A stretch of DNA of 64,000 bases from an uncultured virus (IMG/VR IMGVR_UViG_3300020403_000008) (Duplodnaviria > Heunggongvirae > Uroviricota > Caudoviricetes > Crassvirales): IMG/VR virus record IMGVR_UViG_3300020403_000008. One strand, given 5' to 3'. The position numbers and the translations under genes are program-made. The notes under the pieces were generated by a model, which made no database searches, had not been told where the DNA came from, and was given only the letters and a program-made list of their open reading frames with translations. Position 1 is the first letter of the stretch. The number at the start of each line of letters is the position of its first letter. Positions 55,599 to 64,000 of this stretch are shown here, one piece after another.

Positions 55599-56864
55599 AT
55601 GTTCTCAGAAATACCAAATTTTCTCACTCATGATGAGTGCGATTTATTTATACAATTAATAGAAAAACAAAACACCCGTTCACAAGTTGCTGGAAGCGGA
55701 AGTGATAATTCAAAAATAGAAGATAGTAGGACTTCTTACACTTCTAATTTTGGCGAAGAAATGTTACTTCCAAAAGCTCTAAAAGAAAGAATTGCAGCTC
55801 ATTTAGACTTAGATGTTGTAAGAGGTGAAACCTTGCAAGGTCAAAAATACGAAGTAGGTCAATATTTTAGACCACATCTAGATTGGTTTCAAGGTGATGC
55901 ATATAACAACCATTGTTTGCATTCTGGAAACAGAACTCACACTTTCATGTTATATCTAAATGATGATTTTGAAGGTGGAGGTACTGATTTTCCAAACTTA
56001 GGTAAAACTGTAAAGCCAGAGAAAGGAAAAGCTGTATTCTGGCGTAACATGGATGATAACGGAAACGGTATATCTGATGTTATGCATGAAGGTATGGATG
56101 TGACGAAAGGAACTAAATATATAGTTACAAGTTGGTGGAGAGAAAAAGAATTTAATGGCGCTGAGAACACAAGGCTTGCAAATGAATTTCATGAAGCACA
56201 AAGAAAAGAAAAAGAGTCTAAGGTTGTAAATATTAATTCAGGCACACAAACATTTAAAACTGTAGATGAGATACCTAGATTTACAGAAAATGGATTTATG
56301 AAGGCTAAGGTTCCTCAAGATGTGTGGGGCTTAATTCAGGACTCATACCACTTATTAAAAGATAAGGAGGTTGCAGAAAAATTTTCAGGAAAAGAAGGCA
56401 TTATAGATACAATAGTTACTGATGCCGAAAGCAGCACTATTTTAAGTTTTGAGCATATACCAAACATTAGAACTCAAATACATAAAATGTTAATGCCACT
56501 ACATGAGGAGTGGGCAAAAACAAGGCTAGAACCATCTTTTGTGTATGGTATAAGGTCTTATCAAAGAGGAGCTACGTTAGCGAAACACGTTGACAGGATA
56601 GCGACTCATCACATATCTACTATTATTATTGTAGACAAAGATTTAAAGTGTGGTTGTCAAACAAAAGAGTTTGGTGATGATTGGGCTTTAGATATACAGG
56701 GTCATGACGGAGAGTGGTATGAAGTTTTTGCAGAACCAGGAGAAATGATTTTATATGAATCTGCTGTCTGTGAACATGGTAGAAGTAAACCTTTTCAAGG
56801 AACAAGCTTCAAGAACTTTTATACACACTACAAGTTAGTTGATTACCAGTATGCGGGACAATAA
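55599..56864 (+). CDS. Prolyl 4-hydroxylase with two tandem 2OG-Fe(II) domains
   Basis: Domain 1: ETLQGQKYEVGQYFRPHLD, RTHTFMLYLND, GGGTDFP, MHEG, KGTKY..TSW. Domain 2: YGIRSY..KHVD, PGEMILYES..EHGR. Confidence 0.88.
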   Translation: MFSEIPNFLTHDECDLFIQLIEKQNTRSQVAGSGSDNSKIEDSRTSYTSNFGEEMLLPKALKERIAAHLDLDVVRGETLQGQKYEVGQYFRPHLDWFQGDAYNNHCLHSGNRTHTFMLYLNDDFEGGGTDFPNLGKTVKPEKGKAVFWRNMDDNGNGISDVMHEGMDVTKGTKYIVTSWWREKEFNGAENTRLANEFHEAQRKEKESKVVNINSGTQTFKTVDEIPRFTENGFMKAKVPQDVWGLIQDSYHLLKDKEVAEKFSGKEGIIDTIVTDAESSTILSFEHIPNIRTQIHKMLMPLHEEWAKTRLEPSFVYGIRSYQRGATLAKHVDRIATHHISTIIIVDKDLKCGCQTKEFGDDWALDIQGHDGEWYEVFAEPGEMILYESAVCEHGRSKPFQGTSFKNFYTHYKLVDYQYAGQ

Positions 56865-59421
56865 ATATATTTCTTTTGACCCGTGGTGGGGTGGTTTCTC
56901 TAACATAAGAATGACGTATGAATTAGTAGGAGCTTTATCTGTTATAACTGGTAGAACAATAATTTTACCTCACAGAATATATTGTTTGTTTTTATCAGAA
57001 TGGCAAGATAAAAAAACATGGTTTGACATGTTTGATGCTTTAGATAAAAAAAAATTCAGAAAGCATTTTGATTGTATAGAATATTATGACATTCCAGAAT
57101 ATGAAAATCTTGAAAACGATGCGCAATATTTCGAAAATGTTTCGTCTATTGCGAAAGTTATTACTTTTGGCGACAAAGACGGAAAACTAGGTCCTATGAA
57201 AGGTCCTGATAATGATTATGTCTTAACATGTGGCATAGAGGACCAAAGCGAGTTTGATGTTTTTAAAGGCGACAGACAAGTTATAGACTTAGAGTGTGAT
57301 GATAAATTTATACACTTCCCTAGAAACTTGTTTGGTCATTTTTATTACCATGTTTATGGTAAAACACCTATTATTAGAAACAGGATTAAAGAAAAAGTAA
57401 ACTTAGGTATACAATACAAACCTGATATTTTTGATAAAGCCAAACAAATAACAGACAAATTAGGAACATTTAATGCTATTCATGTTAGAAGAAATGATTT
57501 TCTGCAAGTAAGAAAAGATATTGCAGAAGCTCAAACTAATAATCTTTTAGATGACATTTCTGACAGAGTGCCTAACGACAAACCACTATTTATAGCAACA
57601 GACGAAAAAGACAAGTCTGTGTTTTTGCCATTAAAAAAAAGATACAATGTATTATACCTTACTGATTTTCCACAATCAGGAGTAAATGATACAGATGATT
57701 TGCTTTTAGACCAAGTTGTATGCTCTCAAGCAGATATATTTTTAGGCAGTCATTTATCTACTTTTTCTGACTATGTAAACATTATTAGAGGTCAGCAAAA
57801 CAAAAAAGATTTTCATAGAGAAGGCACTAATTTTAACAGACCCAAGTTATCATATAATAGGTTTCCATGGGAAGTGGAAGAATATGGATGGGATAAAACC
57901 TGGAGCTTTCACTGGGAATATGAGCAATCATACTTTAACATAGCCGTATATGGGTCTCACAACGCTTCTGTTGCATTATCTTATAAAGCTGATGTTCTTG
58001 AGGTGGTAGAGCTAGAAAGGTTTGTAAACAAAAAAAATGCAGCGTTTTATTTCCATTTTCCAGAAGAAAATCCAGATGAATTAACCCTACAGATACATAA
58101 TTATTTTGTAAAAAAATATGGTAGCTACGTGTATGATAATTGCTTATATAATAGCTGTGTAACTAACATAAATGTTTTGCCTGCTAAAAACTTTGAGTGG
58201 GTAGGTCATCACCTTGCTCATGTCAATAATGTTATATTTCAATCTCCAGCAACAAAAAGCTTGAATATATCTTTTGATGGGGGTTCTGATGAAGGACATT
58301 TTAATATATATAGGACTGAATCAGATAAGTTGCCGCAAAAAATATTTTCTACAAAACAAGATATATGCGTTCCTTATGCTGCCGTAGCGCACTACCTATC
58401 TCCAATAAAACAAGAAGAAAACTGGTGGTGGGGCAACTTAGTGTACGCAGGAAAACTTATGGGGTTATCTGCCTACGGTACAGTTAATCAGGATGATTAC
58501 GACAAAATGTATCGTTATTTTAAGATGCAACAAACAGACAACGTAAACACAGCACATGAAAACTTTCAAAGAGTATTTAATGTAACTCCTGAAAAAAGAT
58601 TTAACGAAAAAGAATCTTATGATTTAGCTGCTGCTACACAAAAAGTTTTTGAAGATATATTTAAAGAAATTGTAGAGCCTTTTGTAGAAACACATAAAGA
58701 TTATGAATTACAATTTAGTGGAGGTGGCGCTCTAAACGTAATAAACAATGCTAAGTGGGATGCTTTTGTTAGTCCTAATCCTGATGACAGGGGACTGTCT
58801 GTTGGCATGTTGTTCCATAAAATAAAACCTGGTCACGTTGTTGACACAAAGTATTTAGGTTCAGATATGTTTGGCTTATATACTCAATATAAACCTTACA
58901 GTATTGATGAAATGTGTGAGGATTTAGTAGAAGGTAAAATTATTGGTTTGTGCCAAGGACGTGGAGAGCACGGAGCAAGAGCGTTATGTAACAGAAGTAT
59001 TTTATGTTTACCTAAAGAGGGTTTCAAAGAAAAACTTAATGACCAAGTAAAACATAGAGAGGCTTTCAGACCTTTCGCACCTGTATGTCGAAAGGAGGAC
59101 GCTAACACGTGGTTTGATTTTGGAAAGTACACCGAATATATGAGTCACAACGCTATAGTTAAAAATGTAAATAAAAGTATACAATCTATAATTCACAAAG
59201 ATTATACCGCTAGGCTGCAAACAGTCACCTCGTCATCAAATCCTTTTATTTATTTACTCTTGACTAGAATGAAGGAATTAGGTCATGACCCAATACTAAT
59301 TAATACATCATTTAATGTAATGGGAAAACCTATAATAAACCAGTGGGAAGAAGCTATAAGTATGCTAAATGACACTGGATTAGATGTATTAACGGACGGT
59401 AAAAACAAAATATATGGATAG
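56851..59421 (+). CDS. Fusion: GDP-fucose O-fucosyltransferase-like (O-FucT, GT-B) + NodU/CmcH-family O-carbamoyltransferase
   Basis: GGFSNIR, GRTIILP, AIHVRRNDF, FIATDE, DQVVC..FLGS..STFS; then GSHNAS, ELERF, HHLAH, GKLMGLSAYG, GGGALN, GARALCNRSIL, KHREAFRPFAP, NTSFN. Confidence 0.88.
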   Translation: MRDNKYISFDPWWGGFSNIRMTYELVGALSVITGRTIILPHRIYCLFLSEWQDKKTWFDMFDALDKKKFRKHFDCIEYYDIPEYENLENDAQYFENVSSIAKVITFGDKDGKLGPMKGPDNDYVLTCGIEDQSEFDVFKGDRQVIDLECDDKFIHFPRNLFGHFYYHVYGKTPIIRNRIKEKVNLGIQYKPDIFDKAKQITDKLGTFNAIHVRRNDFLQVRKDIAEAQTNNLLDDISDRVPNDKPLFIATDEKDKSVFLPLKKRYNVLYLTDFPQSGVNDTDDLLLDQVVCSQADIFLGSHLSTFSDYVNIIRGQQNKKDFHREGTNFNRPKLSYNRFPWEVEEYGWDKTWSFHWEYEQSYFNIAVYGSHNASVALSYKADVLEVVELERFVNKKNAAFYFHFPEENPDELTLQIHNYFVKKYGSYVYDNCLYNSCVTNINVLPAKNFEWVGHHLAHVNNVIFQSPATKSLNISFDGGSDEGHFNIYRTESDKLPQKIFSTKQDICVPYAAVAHYLSPIKQEENWWWGNLVYAGKLMGLSAYGTVNQDDYDKMYRYFKMQQTDNVNTAHENFQRVFNVTPEKRFNEKESYDLAAATQKVFEDIFKEIVEPFVETHKDYELQFSGGGALNVINNAKWDAFVSPNPDDRGLSVGMLFHKIKPGHVVDTKYLGSDMFGLYTQYKPYSIDEMCEDLVEGKIIGLCQGRGEHGARALCNRSILCLPKEGFKEKLNDQVKHREAFRPFAPVCRKEDANTWFDFGKYTEYMSHNAIVKNVNKSIQSIIHKDYTARLQTVTSSSNPFIYLLLTRMKELGHDPILINTSFNVMGKPIINQWEEAISMLNDTGLDVLTDGKNKIYG

Positions 59422-60268
59422 AATATTTTTAAGCATAGCATCATACAGAGACCCAGACTTAATAAACACAATAAAAGACGCACACAAAAGAGCTGACAAC
59501 CCTGACAGAGTAACATTTGGAATATTGTTTCAAGGCACTAAAGAAGAGATTAACAATTTTCTTTCACAAGCTGTAGGAAAAATCAACATTAAGTTTGTAC
59601 ATCATAAAGAAACAAAAGGAACGGGGTGGGCAAGAAACATTCTTACAAGAGATATGTTGCAAGATGAAGAGTATTGGTTACAAATAGATTCACACACAAG
59701 ATTTATAAATGGATGGGACACGAAGCTTATCGACTTCTACAACAAGATAGGAGAAGATTGTTTGGTTTCAGCATATCCCCCACACTTTGGAATGAATGAG
59801 TCTTATGATGTATACACAACTAAAACAGTGAATAACAGAGCATTAGTAGAGGGATTTACTGATGTCTTTAGCTTTGAAAACACAGTAGGAAAAGTTCCTG
59901 TAGAAGAATATGAAGATTCAATAACAGCCGCTGGAGCTTTTCAATTTGCAAAAAGACATGTAGCTAAGGCGCTGACATTTGATGCGTACTTTAATCCTTG
60001 GATGGACCAAGAAATATCTTCTTGCCTAGCGTGGATGAATGGATATAATATTTATGCGCCTAGAGATGCTGTTTTGTGGCACTGCTATGAAGATAATCAT
60101 ATAGGCTCTGATGAAAAATGGAGAGGTTTAGTTGCTGACGAAGTAAAAGTAACTGGTTATGAAGACAAGCCATTTGACATTATAAAGCACTGGCACACAA
60201 AAAGGAATTGGAACCAATGGAAGGATAGGGTTCTTGTAGATATTAATGATTTAAAAAACGAACAATGA
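59414..60268 (+). CDS. GT60-like GlcNAc transferase (Skp1-hydroxyproline Gnt1-like)
   Basis: IFLSIASYRDP, GWAR, LQIDSHTRF..GWD, AYPP, AGAFQF, GYNIYAP....WH. Confidence 0.82.
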   Translation: MDRIFLSIASYRDPDLINTIKDAHKRADNPDRVTFGILFQGTKEEINNFLSQAVGKINIKFVHHKETKGTGWARNILTRDMLQDEEYWLQIDSHTRFINGWDTKLIDFYNKIGEDCLVSAYPPHFGMNESYDVYTTKTVNNRALVEGFTDVFSFENTVGKVPVEEYEDSITAAGAFQFAKRHVAKALTFDAYFNPWMDQEISSCLAWMNGYNIYAPRDAVLWHCYEDNHIGSDEKWRGLVADEVKVTGYEDKPFDIIKHWHTKRNWNQWKDRVLVDINDLKNEQ

Positions 60269-61248
60269 AGACAGCTTTAGTTTTAGGTGGTGGAGGTTTT
60301 ATAGGCTCACACCTTGTTAAAAGATTAAAAGAAGAAGGCTACTATGTTAGAGCAGTAGACTTAAAAAAACCTGAATTTTGGAAAACAGCAGCAGACGACT
60401 TTATTATAGGAGATTTGAGGTGGAGTCATATATGCTCTGCCGCATTTAGACCTTTAGAAGACAAAAGAAGGTTTGATGAAGTTTATCAGCTTGCTGCTGA
60501 TATGGGTGGCGCTGGTTATCTGTTTACTGGTGATAGTGATGCAGATATTATGCACAACTCTGCCTTAATAAACCTGAATGTGTTAAGAGAGTGTGTTCTT
60601 GAAGAGCATGCTCCTAAAAAAATATTCTATGCAAGTAGCGCCTGTGTGTATCCAGAGTACAATCAACTGGACCCAGAAAGCCCAAAATGTACAGAAGACA
60701 GTGTATATCCTGCTGAACCTGACTCTGAATATGGATGGGAAAAATTGTTTAGTGAGAGAATGTATATGGCTTTTGCAAGAAATAAAAACTTAAATGTAAG
60801 GATAGGGAGATTTCATGGAATCTTTGGACCATACGGAACATGGAATGACGGAAAAGAAAAAGCCCCTGCTGCAATATGCAGAAAGGTTGCGGAGTCAAAC
60901 GATAGCATAGATATATGGGGAGACGGAGAGCAAACAAGGTCTTTTATGTATATAGACGATGCTATTGACACAGTGCGTAAATTTATGATGAATGAAGGAT
61001 TTCAAGGACCAATGAATATAGGTTCTGAAGAAATGGTGTCTATAAATAACTATGCACGCATAGTAATGGAAGTTGCAAAAAAAGATTTGGATATTGTGCA
61101 CATAGAAGGTCCTCAAGGTGTGAGAGGAAGAAACTCAGACAACACATTAATGGAGCAAGAATTGAACTGGACTCCAGGGGGTAGTCTTAGAGATGGTGTA
61201 CAAAAAACGTACAAGTGGATTGAAGAGCAGGTGCAAAAACTGTCTTAG
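60265..61248 (+). CDS. gme: GDP-mannose 3,5-epimerase (extended SDR)
   Basis: GGGGFIG, LAADMGGAG, ASSACVYP, YGWEK, GKEKAPAAICRK, WGDGEQTRSF, GVRGRNSDN. Confidence 0.88.
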   Translation: MKTALVLGGGGFIGSHLVKRLKEEGYYVRAVDLKKPEFWKTAADDFIIGDLRWSHICSAAFRPLEDKRRFDEVYQLAADMGGAGYLFTGDSDADIMHNSALINLNVLRECVLEEHAPKKIFYASSACVYPEYNQLDPESPKCTEDSVYPAEPDSEYGWEKLFSERMYMAFARNKNLNVRIGRFHGIFGPYGTWNDGKEKAPAAICRKVAESNDSIDIWGDGEQTRSFMYIDDAIDTVRKFMMNEGFQGPMNIGSEEMVSINNYARIVMEVAKKDLDIVHIEGPQGVRGRNSDNTLMEQELNWTPGGSLRDGVQKTYKWIEEQVQKLS

Positions 61249-61257
61249 ATAAATTAG

Positions 61258-61265
61258 TAAATTTG
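61258..61265 (+). promoter_or_regulatory. -7 promoter element TAAATTTG
   Basis: Consensus match 4 nt before ATG 61270. Confidence 0.6.
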
Positions 61266-61269
61266 TGCT

Positions 61270-62010
61270 ATGGCAAACTACGAGAACAAGACAGTTGGGT
61301 TTAGTGAAATAAATAAAGGCTGGACGTCATTTTATTCTTACATTCCTGAAGATATGGTCTACATGAAGTCAGACTTTTATACTTTTAAGGGCGGTAATAT
61401 ATACAAACACAACATTGATGAGAGTTCTCGTAACAAATTTTACGATAAATTTTATCCTAGTAAGGTTGAAACCATCATAAACGATGACCCAGAAGCTGTC
61501 AAAAATTTTAGAACTCTCAACATGGAAGGCTCTTCTGCTTTCTGGAGAGTAGAAATAAACACAGACTTAGATAAAGGCGGAGCGACTTATGATGATTTTG
61601 AAGAAAGAGAGCGATTGTTTAAGGCTCACATAAGAACCGACAGAGACGACAATCTTAACTTGGAAAGACTTACCGTGCAAGGATTAGGTACATTAATATC
61701 TACAAACGGCACGTCAATGTATTTTAGATTTATAGATAACGCCATTGAGTATGGTGACTTCGTTTATAAAATATATGGTAACTCGTATACGTATTTAGGT
61801 AAAATTATTGCTGTATTTGAAGATTATATTATGTTAGACTCTATAGCGGACCCAGTAGAACTTGGTCAATTTTGCTTTGCAACAAAAGACCCAGTGATAG
61901 AAAGCTATGGACTAAAAGGATATTTTGGTAGCTTTACGTGTACAAGTTATGAATCAACTCCAATAGAATTGTTTGCAGTTGGTACAGAAGTAACGCAAAG
62001 CAGTAAATAA
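61270..62010 (+). CDS. Tail stabilisation (muzzle) protein, C-terminal part
   Basis: TVGFSE..KGWTSFYSY.PE.M..FYTFKGG.IYKHN, KNF.TL..EG, GLKGYF..ELFAV; recalled as the usual C-terminus of the 46130-type protein. Confidence 0.7.
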   Translation: MANYENKTVGFSEINKGWTSFYSYIPEDMVYMKSDFYTFKGGNIYKHNIDESSRNKFYDKFYPSKVETIINDDPEAVKNFRTLNMEGSSAFWRVEINTDLDKGGATYDDFEERERLFKAHIRTDRDDNLNLERLTVQGLGTLISTNGTSMYFRFIDNAIEYGDFVYKIYGNSYTYLGKIIAVFEDYIMLDSIADPVELGQFCFATKDPVIESYGLKGYFGSFTCTSYESTPIELFAVGTEVTQSSK

Positions 62011-62014
62011 TTTA

Positions 62015-62434
62015 ATGAAATTTAAATTAAGAAGGCTAGTAGAATCAGATTACGATACTCTAGTAAAATGGTGGAAAGATTGGAAGTGGGAACCTGCTCC
62101 AAGAGATTTTCTGCCTGAAAATGGAACAGGTGGCTTTATGGTCACCAAAGATAAAAAAGAGATATGTGCAGGTTTTATATACCTGACTAACTCTAAAGTT
62201 GCTTGGATTGAATTTGTAATATCAAACAAGCAATATAAAGAAAAGGATAGAAAAGATGCTATCCAATTTTTAATAAACAGCTTATCTGCTGTAGCTCAAG
62301 AAACAGGAGCAAAATATGGATACGCTGTATTAAAACATAAGGGACTGAAGTTTTATTATGAAAACTCAGGTTTTTTTGAAAGTGATAAGAACATAACAGA
62401 AATGATAACAGTATGGCAGCAGCAACAACAGTAG
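62015..62434 (+). CDS. GNAT acetyltransferase-like protein
   Basis: LVKWW..W, GGFMV, AGFIY.TNS.VAWIE..ISN; typical position before the ejection proteins. Confidence 0.65.
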   Translation: MKFKLRRLVESDYDTLVKWWKDWKWEPAPRDFLPENGTGGFMVTKDKKEICAGFIYLTNSKVAWIEFVISNKQYKEKDRKDAIQFLINSLSAVAQETGAKYGYAVLKHKGLKFYYENSGFFESDKNITEMITVWQQQQQ

Positions 62435-62982
62435 CAATAGTCGGAGCATCAGTAGCAGCCGCAGCGGGTGGTGCACAAGCTATTAGCGGTGCAGTACGAG
62501 CTAAAAGAGCTAAAAGGGATTTAGAAAATTACGAAAGGCAAGAGGTTACAGACTTAGCTAATGAGATGAGAGTATCAGACATCGGCGAGCAAAGGAACGT
62601 GGAAAACATAATGCAAAGCGAAGCTAACCAAACAGAAGCGGCACAAATGGGTGGTGCTAGAGCAGTAATAGGAGCTACATCAGGTATTCAAGCTAATACT
62701 GCAAATGCTTTAGCGGCATCTGCTGTTAGAACTGATGAAAAGCTTGCTGCACTTCAAAACGCAAAATATCAAGAGAAAGTTCGTAGGTTTAATACCGTAG
62801 AAGCTAGACAAAACCAAGATATAGCTGGAATGGCTGCTGAGATGCAAGCTGGAAGACAAGCTGTACAGCAAGGGCTAGGCACTATAGCTGGAGGTGTAGC
62901 TTCAGGAGCTACAGCTTACGCAACAGCTGCGGGAGCGCCTGGAGCAGCAATACCATTTTCGGGAGGAAAACCACTAACATAA
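62413..62982 (+). CDS. putative internal virion / ejection protein
   Basis: Ala/Gly-rich hydrophobic termini and a helical core. Confidence 0.65.
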   Translation: MAAATTVAIVGASVAAAAGGAQAISGAVRAKRAKRDLENYERQEVTDLANEMRVSDIGEQRNVENIMQSEANQTEAAQMGGARAVIGATSGIQANTANALAASAVRTDEKLAALQNAKYQEKVRRFNTVEARQNQDIAGMAAEMQAGRQAVQQGLGTIAGGVASGATAYATAAGAPGAAIPFSGGKPLT

Positions 62983-62988
62983 AACATC

Positions 62989-64000
62989 ATGAGTAAGGGA
63001 GCATATTACGCAGGAATGGCAACGGCACCACAGGTAAAGCCAGCAGACTTTTTAACACCCTTCGCAAACATGGCGGAAAGGATTAGTCAGCAAGCAATAG
63101 AACAAAGAAAGCAAGAGCAAGCTGAACAAGCGGCTAACGAAAAGTTTGCTTTAAGCAGACAAGATAAACTACAAGACACCATAAACTCTTCAGGTTACAA
63201 AGGGATTGGTATAAACAATCTTGATATGGCTGTCAATGAATATATGACATACCTACAATCTGACTTTGAAAAAGCTAACGAAGAATTTAATATTACAAAA
63301 GATAAAAAAGCCTTAAGTGCAAAAACATCTGCCTTACAGTATAGCGCCAAACAAGTGCAAAACTTAGGAAACAGAATAGCTAACTTTGTAAAGAATGATA
63401 GCACTTTAGAAGCAAACGGAAAAGCTTCCATGTATAATGACGTTGTTATGGCTATGATACAGGATTTAGGTGAAAACATAGGTTTTGAAACAGAGTCTAG
63501 CGGGGTGCAAAGAATATATACAGTAGGAGAAGATGGTAACAGGAAAACAATAAACGCAAAAACTTGGGACACTTTGTTTACTGCAAAACAATCTACTGAT
63601 TTAAATGGTGTGCTGGAAGATATTGTAGAGATGACACAGCCAAGACAAATAAAAGGTAAAAACAATACTTTTACACGCTATTTAGATTACACCAAAGACC
63701 CTAACGGAACGCTAACACAATCTCAAGCAGACATATTAACTAGAAGATTACAAAACTTTGAACCGCATGAAGTTTATGATGCTGCTGTTAGAGCTGGTAT
63801 TGTGGGTGATGGAGAAAATCAAATTCCTCTAAGAACAGATTTTAGTGACGAAGGAATAATTGCTAACATAGACCAGATGAGAGAAGCTCTGGCTATGAAA
63901 TCTATTGGCGACCTGCAAAACATGTACAGAAATAAGGAAGGAAGTAAGCCTAACACTGGAGGCTCAAGGACTTCATCAAGCAGCTTTATAAATTATGACC
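62989..64000 (+). CDS. putative ejection protein, truncated at the right edge
   Basis: ATG 62989 (MSKGAYYAGM..), open reading towards the window end; helical and Gln-rich. Confidence 0.6.
   Translation, partial: MSKGAYYAGMATAPQVKPADFLTPFANMAERISQQAIEQRKQEQAEQAANEKFALSRQDKLQDTINSSGYKGIGINNLDMAVNEYMTYLQSDFEKANEEFNITKDKKALSAKTSALQYSAKQVQNLGNRIANFVKNDSTLEANGKASMYNDVVMAMIQDLGENIGFETESSGVQRIYTVGEDGNRKTINAKTWDTLFTAKQSTDLNGVLEDIVEMTQPRQIKGKNNTFTRYLDYTKDPNGTLTQSQADILTRRLQNFEPHEVYDAAVRAGIVGDGENQIPLRTDFSDEGIIANIDQMREALAMKSIGDLQNMYRNKEGSKPNTGGSRTSSSSFINYD

Noticed and set aside
55599..61248. Enzyme cluster as a DNA hypermodification system (oxygenase + glycosyltransferase + carbamoyltransferase)
   Set aside because: The oxygenase has P4H rather than TET/JBP motifs, the transferases belong to protein/glycan-acting families, no methylase or nucleotide hydroxymethylase is present, and the cluster sits in the tail module beside Pro-rich ORFs. 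Disfavoured, not formally excluded.
49338..61290. Intron or intein explaining the split muzzle gene
   Set aside because: No homing endonuclease, reverse transcriptase or intein terminal motifs; the downstream half has its own ATG and promoter
1..64000. tRNA/rRNA genes, integrase, or alternative genetic code
   Set aside because: No cloverleaf or integrase motifs noticed; genes are full length in the standard code and use TAA, TAG and TGA as stops

Overview
A 64-kb part of a lytic, AT-rich, podovirus-type phage of a Bacteroidota (probably Flavobacteriia) host. The virion genes are arranged as in crAss-like/phi14:2-like phages, and Bacteroidota TAnnTTTG promoters occur throughout. The leftward arm (16.3 kb to 0.7 kb) holds early and replication genes: an ArdC polyvalent protein, a lipoprotein, Sak3-type SSAP, exonuclease, SSB, DnaA-C-like HTH, an initiator with internal repeats, a Twinkle-like primase-helicase, a phosphoesterase and nucleases. 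No DNA polymerase is visible. The rightward arm holds GroEL/GroES, a 2OG oxygenase, many micro-ORFs (including a 26-aa CDGSH protein), lysis genes, two large fibre/structural proteins, terminase, portal, scaffold, major capsid protein, tail ring proteins and ejection proteins. The main discovery is a ~12-kb cassette that appears to split the tail stabilisation (muzzle) gene. It encodes five paralogous proteins with a shared 44-aa head and extensin-like (X-Pro)n stalks, followed directly by a tandem prolyl 4-hydroxylase, an O-fucosyltransferase-carbamoyltransferase fusion, a GT60 (Skp1-hydroxyproline GlcNAc-transferase-like) enzyme and GDP-mannose 3,5-epimerase. This looks like a complete phage-encoded hydroxyproline O-glycosylation system for virion appendages, possibly assembled by split-domain docking. 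A second candidate is a ~75-nt two-hairpin sRNA (690 to 615) whose single-stranded linker is complementary to a TTACACT-ATG element at four phage start codons. All family assignments come from motif recognition by eye; no searches were run.
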